Shown here one piece after another: positions 44,045 through 53,945 of a stretch of 64,000 nucleotides of DNA (position 1 is the first letter of the stretch; each line of letters starts with the position of its first letter). The translations under genes and the position numbers were made by a program. The notes below the pieces were generated by a model. That model saw only the letters and a program-made list of their open reading frames with translations, had not been told where the DNA came from and ran no database searches. Origin of the DNA: a virus (taxonomy: Duplodnaviria > Caudoviricetes); the IMG/VR virus record IMGVR_UViG_2931369376_000001, positions 1 through 64,000 of that record; one strand, 5' to 3'.

Positions 44045-44088
44045 GATGAGTCCTATGCCGGGATATCCCCCGGCGGTGGGTTCTGGAG

Positions 44089-46002
44089 TTATGCCGCTAG
44101 GCGCTTGTAAAGCTCAATGATGTCCGCTGCGTTGGCGCCCACCAGCTGTTCGGGCTCTTCCGGACAGACGCTATTGCCGATCAGTCGAACCTGGTCGGTC
44201 TTATTGATAGGCAGCCATTGCTCAGCGCCAGTCACTGGATCAACGAACAGTCCGCGGTCAATGATGTAGTCCTTGCCGAAGCCCTGCGCCGCCTTCAGTT
44301 CCGGCGGTTGCAGCATGCGAAGCGTGATGTCCACCAGCACGTAGCCGCCGACCATCACCATGTCTGCGGGGTCCTTGAAGTGCTCCGGCAGATACTTGTG
44401 CATGAATGCTGCGCAGCGCTGGGCCCCCTCCAACTGCTCGGGCGTCAACGTGTTCGGCACCTGGGTCACCTCAACCAACGCCACCCGATCCTTCGTCGGC
44501 AGGGTATGCATTGGCTCTGTCAGTGAAATTCCATCCTTCTCGCTGCCGTAGTACTTCACCAGGTAGGCGCTCACCAGCCGTTGGTTGGCGCCGGACTGGC
44601 AGACAGTGGAAAGCGGCGCGTCAGCTGCGCGGCCATCCCCGTCATAAAATCCGCCGTTGGCCTGCTCGAAAAACGCGGCTGATATCGCATGATGCCCGCT
44701 GCTGGTGGCGACAACCCCGAGTGGGTTTGCAACGTCAGCCCCTACCGATCCTTTACGCAGAGTGACCATGTTTGCGGCGACCAGCGCTTGCTCACCGCGG
44801 TTAGCGCCGGTGACAGTGCGGAAAGGATCGTTCGGTGAGTACCCGCTGCGCTCACCATGATGCGTTAGGTGAGTCAGATGGCAGGCCGCCAATGCAAAGT
44901 GACCACCTTTGACCTGGGCGACCTGCGTGCGCAAAGGTTCCTGGACATCGAAGTTGCGTTGAACCGAGCCATTGGCACACTCGGTAAGGAACGACGCGGC
45001 AACCGGCTGCACCAACGCGTGATGTGTGCCGCCGGCACTGATAGTGGAAAGCGGTTCATCCGAGCTGTGGGTGCTGGTGTGGGCCGCCGACGTGCCACGC
45101 ATCGGGACGATGAAGGGCTTCGCGCTGGTCAGCACATGCCGCCAGCAGCCCTTGGCCACGCGGCGCATCGTGTTCTCAGCCATTGGCTTCTCACGGAAGA
45201 TGGTGCGACCGAGTAGGCTCCAATCTATGCACTCCGCGGCTGCTCTCCATGGCAACTGATTTGCGGTCGGGTTCTTATGGCGCTTTGGCGCGGGCCAAAC
45301 GATTGGCTTACCGTCGCTGCGGGCAACCAGGTACAGACGTTTGCGGATAGTCGGCGTGCCGGCGTTGGCCGCGATGCGCTCCCGCCATTCAACGTTGTAA
45401 CCCAGTCCGCGCACCAGTGCCTCCATGGGCACGAACTCGCCAATCGCTTGCATGATCTCCGGCATATCCGGGTGATCGGCGGGAAGCCCCGTGCTGAGTG
45501 CGGCAATGAATGCCTTGAACGTGCGGCCCCGCTCTGCCTTGATCGGCTGACCTTCATCGTCGATCGGCCCCCAATCGCAAAATTCCTCGACGTTCTCCAG
45601 GAACATCAGCCGCGGTCTGGTGGCATGCGCCCAGCGCACAACGACCCAGGCCAGTCCACGGACGCCACGATCGCGCGGCGCACCGCCCTTGGCTTTGCTG
45701 TGATGCCGGCAATCTGGCGATGCCCAAAGGATGCCAACCGGCTGGCCCCCCGTAGCCTGTACTGGGTCAACCTCGAACACGTCAGCGACGTAGTGCGCCG
45801 TCTTTGGGTGGTTGGCACGGTGCACCGCGAGGGCGATTGGGTTGTGGTTTACAGCCACATCAGGCTCACGGTACGCCCGGGCGATGCCGGTACTGGCGCC
45901 GCCACCGCCGGCGAACAGGTCAACCACCAGCTCTTGCTCAAAAGGCAGGCCCATGCTCGGCTGGCGGGCGTTGATCTTTGGAAATTTCTGTTGTGCGGAC
46001 AT
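44089..46002 (-). CDS. orphan C5 DNA cytosine methyltransferase
   Basis: VVDLFAGGGG, ASPDC, LENVEEF, RKRLYLVAR, RMLQP.EL..AQGF, IGNSVCP. Confidence 0.92.
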   Translation of the reverse strand: MSAQQKFPKINARQPSMGLPFEQELVVDLFAGGGGASTGIARAYREPDVAVNHNPIALAVHRANHPKTAHYVADVFEVDPVQATGGQPVGILWASPDCRHHSKAKGGAPRDRGVRGLAWVVVRWAHATRPRLMFLENVEEFCDWGPIDDEGQPIKAERGRTFKAFIAALSTGLPADHPDMPEIMQAIGEFVPMEALVRGLGYNVEWRERIAANAGTPTIRKRLYLVARSDGKPIVWPAPKRHKNPTANQLPWRAAAECIDWSLLGRTIFREKPMAENTMRRVAKGCWRHVLTSAKPFIVPMRGTSAAHTSTHSSDEPLSTISAGGTHHALVQPVAASFLTECANGSVQRNFDVQEPLRTQVAQVKGGHFALAACHLTHLTHHGERSGYSPNDPFRTVTGANRGEQALVAANMVTLRKGSVGADVANPLGVVATSSGHHAISAAFFEQANGGFYDGDGRAADAPLSTVCQSGANQRLVSAYLVKYYGSEKDGISLTEPMHTLPTKDRVALVEVTQVPNTLTPEQLEGAQRCAAFMHKYLPEHFKDPADMVMVGGYVLVDITLRMLQPPELKAAQGFGKDYIIDRGLFVDPVTGAEQWLPINKTDQVRLIGNSVCPEEPEQLVGANAADIIELYKRLAA

Positions 46003-46068
46003 ACGGATCCTCGCCGGTTGGCGTAATTCAAGTTCTGTGACGATTGTTTGGTGACTGTCGGTGGCGGG

Positions 46069-46275
46069 TTACAAGTGCAACCGGTCCTTGATCTCGGTGT
46101 ACTGGTCAGCACTCAGCCTGTTGGCGTTCATGGCTTCGCGGAGCAACGTTTGAGCGGCGGCCAGGTGCTTTTTGGTACCGGCGCCAGCGAAGCTCTCAAT
46201 GGTGTTCTCAAGGTGGGCCCGGGTACGGAACGTGAGGCCGTTCGACGTCCAGGGGAATTTCTGCTGTCCAGTCAT
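46069..46275 (-). CDS. hypothetical protein
   Basis: 68-aa coupled ORF. Confidence 0.5.
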   Translation of the reverse strand: MTGQQKFPWTSNGLTFRTRAHLENTIESFAGAGTKKHLAAAQTLLREAMNANRLSADQYTEIKDRLHL

Positions 46276-46694
46276 AAAGCACCTTCGGCCTGGTTGGCGT
46301 TGCGGAATTCGACAAAGCAGCGCGCCAGGTCCTCGGCGCCGTTCTGCACAAGATCGGGGGTATCGGTGAGGTATGGCAGGGCCAGCTCCATCAGGCGCAA
46401 GGCTTCGGCCAGCGTGCTTTGCAGGGCAGCTTCCCGGGGCTGAGAGGTGGCCACCACCTCAGGGGTTTGGTTGGGGATGTGGTTGATAAGCCCCATCGCC
46501 TGGACACAGCGCAGTGCTTCACGCACCGGCATACGGCTGACGCCGTAATGGTCTGCGATTTCCTGCTGAATCAGCCGCGTGCCCATCGGCAGCTGGCCGG
46601 TGGTGATGGCTTCGGCGAGCTGCGCGGCAATGAACAGTCCGTCTACGGGATGTGCCGGGGCCGGGCCCAGCGCTTTCAGCAGGACTTCGCTCAT
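46272..46694 (-). CDS. GntR-family HTH protein
   Basis: AITTGQLPMGTRL.QQEIA.HYGVSRMPVREAL. Confidence 0.8.
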   Translation of the reverse strand: MSEVLLKALGPAPAHPVDGLFIAAQLAEAITTGQLPMGTRLIQQEIADHYGVSRMPVREALRCVQAMGLINHIPNQTPEVVATSQPREAALQSTLAEALRLMELALPYLTDTPDLVQNGAEDLARCFVEFRNANQAEGAL

Positions 46695-47452
46695 TTTGCG
46701 GGCTCCTGCGGTGCGTTCTGCGCCACGATCGCCTTTGCTGCGTGGTTGATCATGTACAGGCACTGCATCAAGCCGTGGGCCGGCTCATCGACGCGGTGCT
46801 CATACCATTCATCACCCAGGCAAAGCACCTCTGAGTTATCACGCATGAACAGCTGCGCTTCTTCGGCGAAGCCGATCTCCGTGGCGGTATCGAGTAAGTC
46901 ATCCCATTGCAACCAACGGTCATCGGCGTGGGACGTATCGCGGCGCTTCGCCAACACGACTTCGCGGAACTCCATCCAATGCTTGCCTTCGACCTGATCA
47001 GGGTCTTGCAGCCATGCAGGCAGAGAGTCGAACAGTTCCTCGGCGCAGGTGCTTTGCAACTCCTGGGCGATGCTGCGCATCAGCACTTCGCGGAATAGCT
47101 CTTCACTAAAATCACGCTTCTTGCACCTCTCATCGAGCTTGGTGTGGAGGTAGTAAGAAACGTCATCGCCGGCGAGAAAATTCAGGCCGTAGCCGAGCCC
47201 GACCGAAAAGGTCAAATTGTCGATATCGCCAACTACAGCGATGCCGAAGCGGGTCATCATGATGTCGAAGGCATAGGCGTTGGTCTGCGGTGCTTTGCAG
47301 CGCCAGACAACAACGTTTTCCTGCTGCACGAGACAGGTGTATTGGTGCTGAGCCAAGTACTCGGCGGCACGGGCCTGATATTCCTGCTCAGTCTTTTTGC
47401 GTTTGGCTATAAAGGCCTGGCGAAATTGTTCGGTATCCATGGGAATTTCCAT
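46691..47452 (-). CDS. hypothetical phage protein
   Basis: Long coupled ORF. Confidence 0.65.
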   Translation of the reverse strand: MEIPMDTEQFRQAFIAKRKKTEQEYQARAAEYLAQHQYTCLVQQENVVVWRCKAPQTNAYAFDIMMTRFGIAVVGDIDNLTFSVGLGYGLNFLAGDDVSYYLHTKLDERCKKRDFSEELFREVLMRSIAQELQSTCAEELFDSLPAWLQDPDQVEGKHWMEFREVVLAKRRDTSHADDRWLQWDDLLDTATEIGFAEEAQLFMRDNSEVLCLGDEWYEHRVDEPAHGLMQCLYMINHAAKAIVAQNAPQEPAK

Positions 47453-47495
47453 TGCAGGCACCACCGCCCTGACCAGGCGGCAGCGCATCCTTGTT

Positions 47496-48503
47496 TCAGG
47501 CCTTGGCCCGCTTCAGTTGGTCTACCAGCGCCATCGGCAGCCCGCGCAAGGTCAGCGTGCCGCCCTCGGCATCGAACTCAATCTTGGAGCCCAGCAGGTG
47601 TGCTTCGAAGCTGATCGACATACCTTCGGCGCGGCCAGTGAAGCGGCGGAACTGGTTGAGGGTGCGTTTGTCAGCTGGGATCTCCGGCGACAAGCCATAG
47701 TCCTTGTTGCGGATGAAGTCGTAGAAGGCTTTCGGTCGGTCATCGTCGATCGCTTCAGACAGCTCTTCGAGTCCCATCGGCTCGCCAAGCTTGGCCTGGC
47801 TGCTGGCGTAGCACACCAGGGCGTGGGTTTTCTCCCGGGCAGAGTCCTCCGGCAGTTCCTCGCTCGCCACGTAGTCTGCAAAGGCTTTGAGCAACGTGCG
47901 CGTTTCACCCGGGGCGTCGATTCCCTCCTGGCAACCGATAAAATCGCGGAAGTACTCGTTGACCTTCCGGCCCTGCTTGCCCTTGATGTACGAAATGTAC
48001 TGACGCGATTTTGGGTTGTTTTTCCACTCGGTGACGTTGATGCGCGCTGCCAGACGGATGTGGTCCAGGTCCAGGCGCTTGATCGTCATCAGGCTCAGCT
48101 CTTCGGTCATGGTCACCGCTTCGGTTTCCTGGACCAGCGCGATGGCCAGGTATTCGGTCAGGCCCTGCTGGTAATGGCAGAAAAGCGCATGACCACCGGT
48201 GATCAGGTTCGATTCCTCCATCAGCTTGACCAGGTGCTCCACAGCGATGGTGCTGAACTCAAGGAAGTCGCTCCCGCCAGCCAAGTACTTGTCCAGCCAG
48301 CCACTGAGCGGATAGGCACCTGATTCCGCATGGAAGAGCCCCCAGGCCTTGCCGGTGGTGGCGTTGTAGCTTTCGTTGAACTGACTCATGAGGTCATCAC
48401 GGGCCTGGCTCTCGACTTGCTCAGCACTGCCGAGGAACAGGACCGCGGGGGTGCCGTCGGGCTTTTTGTCGATCTTATGGATTGCGGTGTGGCGAATGGG
48501 CAT
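47496..48503 (-). CDS. ndpA: nucleoid-associated protein NdpA/YejK
   Basis: [53 protein letters not shown]. Confidence 0.9.
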   Translation of the reverse strand: MPIRHTAIHKIDKKPDGTPAVLFLGSAEQVESQARDDLMSQFNESYNATTGKAWGLFHAESGAYPLSGWLDKYLAGGSDFLEFSTIAVEHLVKLMEESNLITGGHALFCHYQQGLTEYLAIALVQETEAVTMTEELSLMTIKRLDLDHIRLAARINVTEWKNNPKSRQYISYIKGKQGRKVNEYFRDFIGCQEGIDAPGETRTLLKAFADYVASEELPEDSAREKTHALVCYASSQAKLGEPMGLEELSEAIDDDRPKAFYDFIRNKDYGLSPEIPADKRTLNQFRRFTGRAEGMSISFEAHLLGSKIEFDAEGGTLTLRGLPMALVDQLKRAKA

Positions 48504-48559
48504 TTTCGTTTTCCTTGAGAGGGGACTGGCTCGCCACCCGCGGCGAGCCGGCGCAGGGG

Positions 48560-49333
48560 TTACAGGCCGTAGGAGTGGTCCCCTTCACGGCAGTCGATAA
48601 TCAGCTTCGCAGCCCCGAAATACAGGGCCGCAATCTGCCGTTTCCATTTGGAAGTCATGCCGAAATGGCGCCCGATAGGCTCGCCCTCCAGCAATGCGCT
48701 ATACACCTCGCCGTACTCATGCCCCCGGTCGGTGTGCCCGGTGATGCGTACACTGATGCGATTGGCATAATCGATTTCTGAGCGAGTACGCTCCCGCATT
48801 TCGTGGCGGTCGCGGTAGCTGGTTTCGGGCTCGGGATCGAAGAGGATGTGCACGTAGCGCTGACGTATGCCGTCGGCTTCGCTGATGGTCACATGTGGGA
48901 AATGCCAGCCCTTTTCGGCGGCTTTTTCCTGGTGAACTTCAACAAAAGACTCGAGCAGATGGTTCAGGCTGATGAACTCGGGAATCATGTCGTCGTGCAG
49001 GACTTCATCGATTGCCTTTTCTGCCCTGCGGAGCATGTCACCGGTGACACCTGCGTCCATCCAGCGGTCTTTGAGCGCTGTAATGATCAGGTCGTTGTAG
49101 CGCGGCAGCTCGATCACGTTGCTGATATTCGATGGCAGCGCCTTGGCGATCTCTTCACGGACCTTGCCGCTGAAGGAACCGTGGGGGCTGAAGGCGTCCT
49201 TCAGGGCTTCGGTAAACAAACGCTCCACACAGGCACTGATGACCTCGCCCGGGCGGGTACTGTTGGAGAACGCGACGACATGCTCTGTCAGTACGTCCTC
49301 CAATGATTTCTTTCTCGCAGCAGCTGCACACAT
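48560..49333 (-). CDS. conserved phage protein
   Basis: Start MCAAAAR; ELPRYNDLI. Confidence 0.6.
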   Translation of the reverse strand: MCAAAARKKSLEDVLTEHVVAFSNSTRPGEVISACVERLFTEALKDAFSPHGSFSGKVREEIAKALPSNISNVIELPRYNDLIITALKDRWMDAGVTGDMLRRAEKAIDEVLHDDMIPEFISLNHLLESFVEVHQEKAAEKGWHFPHVTISEADGIRQRYVHILFDPEPETSYRDRHEMRERTRSEIDYANRISVRITGHTDRGHEYGEVYSALLEGEPIGRHFGMTSKWKRQIAALYFGAAKLIIDCREGDHSYGL

Positions 49334-49364
49334 AGTGTTACTCCCTTCTTCACACTCGTGAAAA

Positions 49365-49721
49365 TCAGTCGATGGCGTGAGCAACATCCAGCATCACCCG
49401 ACGCCCAATGAACGGCTCAAGCCGGCGCGCCAGCAGAGAGGCCAATTCCAGCCACCCCGCCTTTGCCAATCCGATCCTGCTGCCCTCCAGCGCCTCAACC
49501 AGAATCACCGTGTTCGTGCGGTCCATTTCCACCGCCAGACCCGCTTCCAGTCGCTGCGCCAGTTCAGCGGCAGCGCGCGCCCAAACGTCGGCGCAGAACG
49601 ACGGCTCTTCAGCCGCCTGGAAGGTTTCAAGCATCACCTGGGTGGCGGACAGGAACCGGAGCCGGTCGAGCAGGAAGCCCGCTGCAACACGGCTGATAAG
49701 CATTGGTGAATTCATCGTCAA
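49365..49721 (-). CDS. hypothetical protein
   Basis: First gene after 37-bp element copy 3. Confidence 0.55.
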   Translation of the reverse strand: MTMNSPMLISRVAAGFLLDRLRFLSATQVMLETFQAAEEPSFCADVWARAAAELAQRLEAGLAVEMDRTNTVILVEALEGSRIGLAKAGWLELASLLARRLEPFIGRRVMLDVAHAID

Positions 49722-49747
49722 AGCCCTGGATGGCTAACCGTCCATGA

Positions 49748-49784
49748 CATAATGACACAACATCACAATATCACAATAGCGTTT
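49748..49784 (-). promoter_or_regulatory. 37-bp conserved early promoter element
   Basis: Copy 3 of 3. Confidence 0.7.
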
Positions 49785-49816
49785 TTGTGTTATTGCGTTT
49801 CGCCATCCTCACTGGC

Positions 49817-50242
49817 CTATGCCGCGCCACGGTGTTCATGTTCATGGTCCTGGTACTGCTGGCTGCTGTACCAACGCGCCAGAAGGGCCCGGACTTCTTC
49901 AGGTACGTCTCGCCCCGCCACCTCGACCATTTGCACGCAGGCCTCAAGCAGCACGATCTCCCGGGCGTATTCGGCGATAAAGTCGGCCTTGTTGCCGTGT
50001 ACCGCCTTCATCGACTTGATAGGGCCGGTACCGGGCTGGTGGTGGCCGGCACAGAGCGGCAGCACGTACCAATGCGCGTGCTTTTTCGTGCGGCCATCGC
50101 AGTGATGGATTGACACATAGGCGTGCTCTTCGTAATTGCGCGGCCTCCCGTCCAGGATGCAGCAGATGCAACCGCACACGTCCGCCACGGTGTCATGCCA
50201 CCGCTGCTCGCCCATCGTCTTGGTTCTTCCGTCCATTGCCAT
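49817..50242 (-). CDS. Ref-like HNH nuclease (recombination enhancement)
   Basis: GCICC...IHHCDGR...VLPLCAGHH. Confidence 0.7.
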   Translation of the reverse strand: MAMDGRTKTMGEQRWHDTVADVCGCICCILDGRPRNYEEHAYVSIHHCDGRTKKHAHWYVLPLCAGHHQPGTGPIKSMKAVHGNKADFIAEYAREIVLLEACVQMVEVAGRDVPEEVRALLARWYSSQQYQDHEHEHRGAA

Positions 50243-50253
50243 GCTCACCACCC

Positions 50254-51345
50254 CTACGCGGTCAGTCGGTCTTTCATAGAGCCGCCCACAATCCGCCCGA
50301 GCTGAGCCCTGGCTTGTTTGGCGACTTCGGTTATCTCGGGCCTTGCGCCGGCCTTTGGTGCGGGCGCTGCTGTCACGGGCACGGCCTTGGCGGCGGCCTC
50401 CACGACCTTTTCGGTATCGGCCCTGCGGGCGCGCTGTTTCTCGTGCGCCTGGGCCTTCACCACGTAGGATTCGCAGTGACGGAGCAATGAGCTGATGGGG
50501 TGGCAATTGTCGGCAATAGCGGGAGTCTTCACCGCTTCGACGTAGTAGCGCGCTGTGAGGGGGGCAATGTCCTGCCCAATCCGCTCGACCAACTTCGCCA
50601 TCTGCCCGCCTATGGTGGCGTTGTAGATGGGCCACTGGTGATACCTGGTGTTGAATGCGATGGCATAGGCCAGCCAGGCGGCAAAGGTTTTGCTGGCCGG
50701 GCTCTGCGGATAGTTGTCTGGCGCCAGCGATAACGCTTTGCGCTCGTCGTCATCAAGCGAGTCTTGAGGGCTAGCTCCCACAGTGCCGCCCAATGAAATA
50801 GGGATGTTTGCCGCTGTTTGAGCCGACTTCGCTCCCACAGAGCCATCGGTGAGATTCTTTACTGCTTTTTCAATGCTAACTGCTTGTTTATTAATAACTA
50901 AAGCGTCGGGATTTGCCGGGTCCGGCTGAGCCGTATTCGGTGAATCCGCTACCGGCGCGACCGTTTCCGTGTTTTCCGTAAACGGTTGGCTCTTGCTCTT
51001 TTTCTGGCTGGCCATGAAAGCCGCACCGGCATCCAGGTCCGGGTTTTCCGACACTTCGTAGGTCATTCCCTGGAAGGCACCGCCCTGCCGGTCGTACTGG
51101 CGAACCACGTACCCGGCCATTTGCAGCTCCTTGAGAATGCCGTACACCTTGTCACGGCCAGAACGCCGCCCCAGGCAGTTGCGGGTACGCGCCAACAGAT
51201 CCTCGATGCGGACTTCCCAGTGGTCTGGCTTGCTCAGCAGGTACACCAGCATCCCCCGAGCTTCCCAGCTCAGGCGGTTGTCTTCGATGGTGGTGGTTGG
51301 AAGGACGTAGAATTGGCTTTTGCGGGCAGCGCGAATGATGCTCAT
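50254..51345 (-). CDS. lytic replication initiator (lambda O-like, HTH)
   Basis: IEDNRLSWEARGMLVYLLSKPDHW; internal iterons. Confidence 0.8.
   Translation of the reverse strand: MSIIRAARKSQFYVLPTTTIEDNRLSWEARGMLVYLLSKPDHWEVRIEDLLARTRNCLGRRSGRDKVYGILKELQMAGYVVRQYDRQGGAFQGMTYEVSENPDLDAGAAFMASQKKSKSQPFTENTETVAPVADSPNTAQPDPANPDALVINKQAVSIEKAVKNLTDGSVGAKSAQTAANIPISLGGTVGASPQDSLDDDERKALSLAPDNYPQSPASKTFAAWLAYAIAFNTRYHQWPIYNATIGGQMAKLVERIGQDIAPLTARYYVEAVKTPAIADNCHPISSLLRHCESYVVKAQAHEKQRARRADTEKVVEAAAKAVPVTAAPAPKAGARPEITEVAKQARAQLGRIVGGSMKDRLTA
50884..50985. repeat. candidate lytic origin inside the initiator gene
   Basis: Five CCG-N4-CGG-type 10-mers at 50916, 50931, 50946, 50961, 50976 (exact 15-bp phase; the 50961 copy ends CGT), next to the AT-rich tract TTGTTTATTAATAACTAAA. 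Confidence 0.7.
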
Positions 51346-51620
51346 AGGCACCCACCGTGGAGGCAGGAAGCACGGGCAACAGTCTGATTTGCTGCGTTGG
51401 AAAGGCGGGAATGCCTCTCAAAAATCGCAAAAAGAAGGATTGCAAAGCGCAGTGAGGCTTTGCTATGGAAGCAATTATGGTAAAGTCGGAACACGGTGCT
51501 CGACATCTCCTGAGGTTATTGGGCGATGGAGCGGTTCCCACGGCTGACAGCTTTGATAAAAAGCAGGCCTAAAGCATGGAAGGCTTGGTGGTGCAAAAGG
51601 TTTAAGCATCGTATGCGTTT

Positions 51621-51665
51621 AAAAAAAGAACCTTCGCTTGCCGGCGGACCAGGTTCTTTTTTTTT
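51621..51665. terminator. bidirectional terminator
   Basis: A7-GAACCT...AGGTTC-T9. Confidence 0.7.
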
Positions 51666-51740
51666 GCCTCTAATTCAGTGGATCACGGATAAGCAGGGCG
51701 CTGTATACCATACAGGCGCATTGCCATCCAATTAATCCCT

Positions 51741-51751
51741 TATCCCCGGAC
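51741..51751 (-). promoter_or_regulatory. 11-bp operator copy
   Basis: TATCCCCGGAC upstream of the replication operon. Confidence 0.7.
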
Positions 51752-51761
51752 ATTGTAAATA

Positions 51762-51777
51762 CTGTTCTTTTGAACAG
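51762..51777. promoter_or_regulatory. LexA-box-like palindrome
   Basis: aCTGTTCTTTTGAACAGt = CTGT-N8-ACAG, 10 nt from the operator. Confidence 0.6.
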
Positions 51778-51788
51778 TCCCGCCCAGT

Positions 51789-52265
51789 TCAAGATTGCAG
51801 AGGCAGCTTTTTCAGCTTCAGTCTCGCCTTCTGGTAGAACGTTTCCGACACCCCACGCAACCCGAAACAAGCTTGCTCAAGCTGTTCAAAATTGCGCTTT
51901 CCAACTGCTCCCGCAGCCGCCTCACCCCGCACATCGGCCATACGCTTCAAACGCTTGGCACGGCAAAGCGATGCCCGTAGCTCAGGGTATGGATAGGGCT
52001 GGTCAAGGTAGCCAAACGGCAGCCCCGCGGCCTCTTCGACCTTTCTAGCCAGGAACTCAGGGAACCCACCCCGGTCTTGCATCGCCTGAGTGATCTGGTT
52101 CGCAAGGGCATGGCATTCCGCATCAGGCAGATGCGTGAACAACGCGCGAATGCCCCTCGGACTATGCAGGTCTGAGTACAGGCTAAAGCGCTGTTGTCGT
52201 GCCCGCTTCCCGGCGTCCACCGCTTCCCTCGCGGTACTGGCGCCTTCAAACACTTCTAGGTTCAT
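51789..52265 (-). CDS. repressor-like HTH protein
   Basis: LARKVEEAAGLPFGYLD is typical of the end of phage repressor HTH domains; divergent from rdgC. Confidence 0.5.
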   Translation of the reverse strand: MNLEVFEGASTAREAVDAGKRARQQRFSLYSDLHSPRGIRALFTHLPDAECHALANQITQAMQDRGGFPEFLARKVEEAAGLPFGYLDQPYPYPELRASLCRAKRLKRMADVRGEAAAGAVGKRNFEQLEQACFGLRGVSETFYQKARLKLKKLPLQS

Positions 52266-52384
52266 GCTCAAGATTCCATTAGAAAACCGTGGGTAATTTA
52301 CGCGCAACCCCATAAAAACGCTATTAAACTTTGGAAAACCTGTTTACTCTTCTCGATCTGGAAAAGCGAGCCGCAAACATACCT

Positions 52385-52395
52385 GTCCGGGGATC
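52385..52395 (+). promoter_or_regulatory. 11-bp operator copy (1 mismatch)
   Basis: GTCCGGGGATC upstream of rdgC. Confidence 0.55.
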
Positions 52396-52500
52396 TTTAG
52401 GGACAGGACACAATAAGAACGGCTCCTATTGAGGGGGCAATTCCCAGTTCAGCAAATGTGCGGCTCATGGCCTTGCAGCCACCATCAGTAAGGAAACAGT

Positions 52501-53628
52501 ATGTTTTTCACGAATCTCACGCTCTACCGCATCACCCAGGACATCGACCTTTCAGCCCACAGGCTGGAAACGGCTCTGGCATCCAAGAAGGCCCGCCCCT
52601 GCGCTACGCAAGAAATGACCACCTATGGTTTTGTGGCGCCCTTCGGCAAAGGCGAAGAAGCCCCCTTGGTGCACGTCAGTGGCGATTTCCTCCTGGTGAG
52701 CACCCGCAAGGAAGAACGCATCTTGCCGGGCAGCGTGGTGCGCGATGCACTGAGGGAAAAAGTCGAAGAGATCGAGGCCGAGCAACTGCGCAAGGTCTAC
52801 AAAAAAGAGCGCGACCAGATCAAGGACGAGATCATCCAGGCCTTTCTGCCCCGGGCTTTCATTCGCCGCAGCACCACCTTCGCCGCAATCGCCCCGAAAC
52901 TGGGCCTGGTGATCGTCAATACGCCAAGCGCCAAACGCGCGGAGGATTTGCTATCAACGCTGCGTGAGGTGTTGGGCTCTCTGCCGGTACGCCCGGTAAC
53001 GGTGAAGATCGCGCCAACCGCAAGCCTCACCGATTGGGTGAGAGCTCAAGAGGCCCCTGATGATTTCTTCGTGCTTGATGACTGCGAGCTGCGCGACACC
53101 CACGAGGATGGCGGCAGCGTGCGGTGCAAGCGCCAGGACATGACCGGCGAAGAGGTGCAACTGCACGTCAGCACCGGGAAGGTCATCACCCAGCTGTCGC
53201 TAGCCTGGCAGGACAAACTCTCGTTCGTGCTTGACGACAAAATGGTCATCAAGCGCCTGAAATTCGAAGCCTTGCTGACCGATCAGGCCCAACAGGACGG
53301 TGGCGACGATGCACTGGGGCAGTTGGACGCCAGCTTTACCCTGATGATGCTCACCTTCGCGAGTTTCCTTCCCGCACTACTGGACGCACTCGGCGGCGAA
53401 GAGCGTCCACAAGAGTTTGCGGCTGCCCCAGCGGCACCTCCCGCCGGCACCGACGACGAACTGCTGCCCAAGGCGATCGCCTACGTTCGCGAATCACGCC
53501 AGGCCTCAACCAGCGCTATACAGCGCCACCTACGGATTGGCGTCAACCGCGCTTCGCGCCTTCTGGAAAGGATGCAAGCGGACGGCATCGTGAGCCCTCT
53601 CGACAACGGTGTCAGAACCGTTCTGTGA
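52501..53628 (+). CDS. rdgC: RdgC fused to an FtsK gamma domain
   Basis: [24 protein letters not shown]; C-terminal [11 protein letters not shown]...[19 protein letters not shown]. Confidence 0.92.
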   Translation: MFFTNLTLYRITQDIDLSAHRLETALASKKARPCATQEMTTYGFVAPFGKGEEAPLVHVSGDFLLVSTRKEERILPGSVVRDALREKVEEIEAEQLRKVYKKERDQIKDEIIQAFLPRAFIRRSTTFAAIAPKLGLVIVNTPSAKRAEDLLSTLREVLGSLPVRPVTVKIAPTASLTDWVRAQEAPDDFFVLDDCELRDTHEDGGSVRCKRQDMTGEEVQLHVSTGKVITQLSLAWQDKLSFVLDDKMVIKRLKFEALLTDQAQQDGGDDALGQLDASFTLMMLTFASFLPALLDALGGEERPQEFAAAPAAPPAGTDDELLPKAIAYVRESRQASTSAIQRHLRIGVNRASRLLERMQADGIVSPLDNGVRTVL

Positions 53629-53945
53629 CTGCACTGCCCGACGAGCCCCCACGCTCGCCGAATACGCCAAGGATTAGCGAAATGATCGTAACTTTTGATG
53701 GCCGCCGTGAAACCAACAGCGGCGATAAGCCAAACAAACCAGTGAAATGGACAGGCAGTTTTGTCGTAACAGACCAGTCGGGGAATTCCCTGGAGGCGAC
53801 ATGGGAGCCGAACGGGGTACCCCGCATGAATTACCAGGGCGCCCGCAACAACGCGACGTCGCTCATTGAAAGTTTGAAGGCTCGACTCTTCGAACAACAC
53901 AAACAGCCGATCCGGAAGGCGGCTTATACATTGACATCCAGATGA
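53625..53945 (+). CDS. hypothetical protein
   Basis: Coupled ORF. Confidence 0.55.
   Translation: MTALPDEPPRSPNTPRISEMIVTFDGRRETNSGDKPNKPVKWTGSFVVTDQSGNSLEATWEPNGVPRMNYQGARNNATSLIESLKARLFEQHKQPIRKAAYTLTSR

Noticed and set aside
44063-44075. Additional operator copy (TATCCCCCGGC)
   Set aside because: Extra C and a different 3' end; better explained as part of a local GCCGGG/CCCGGC hairpin.
44089-46002. Complete restriction-modification system
   Set aside because: No cognate endonuclease adjacent; typical orphan phage methyltransferase.
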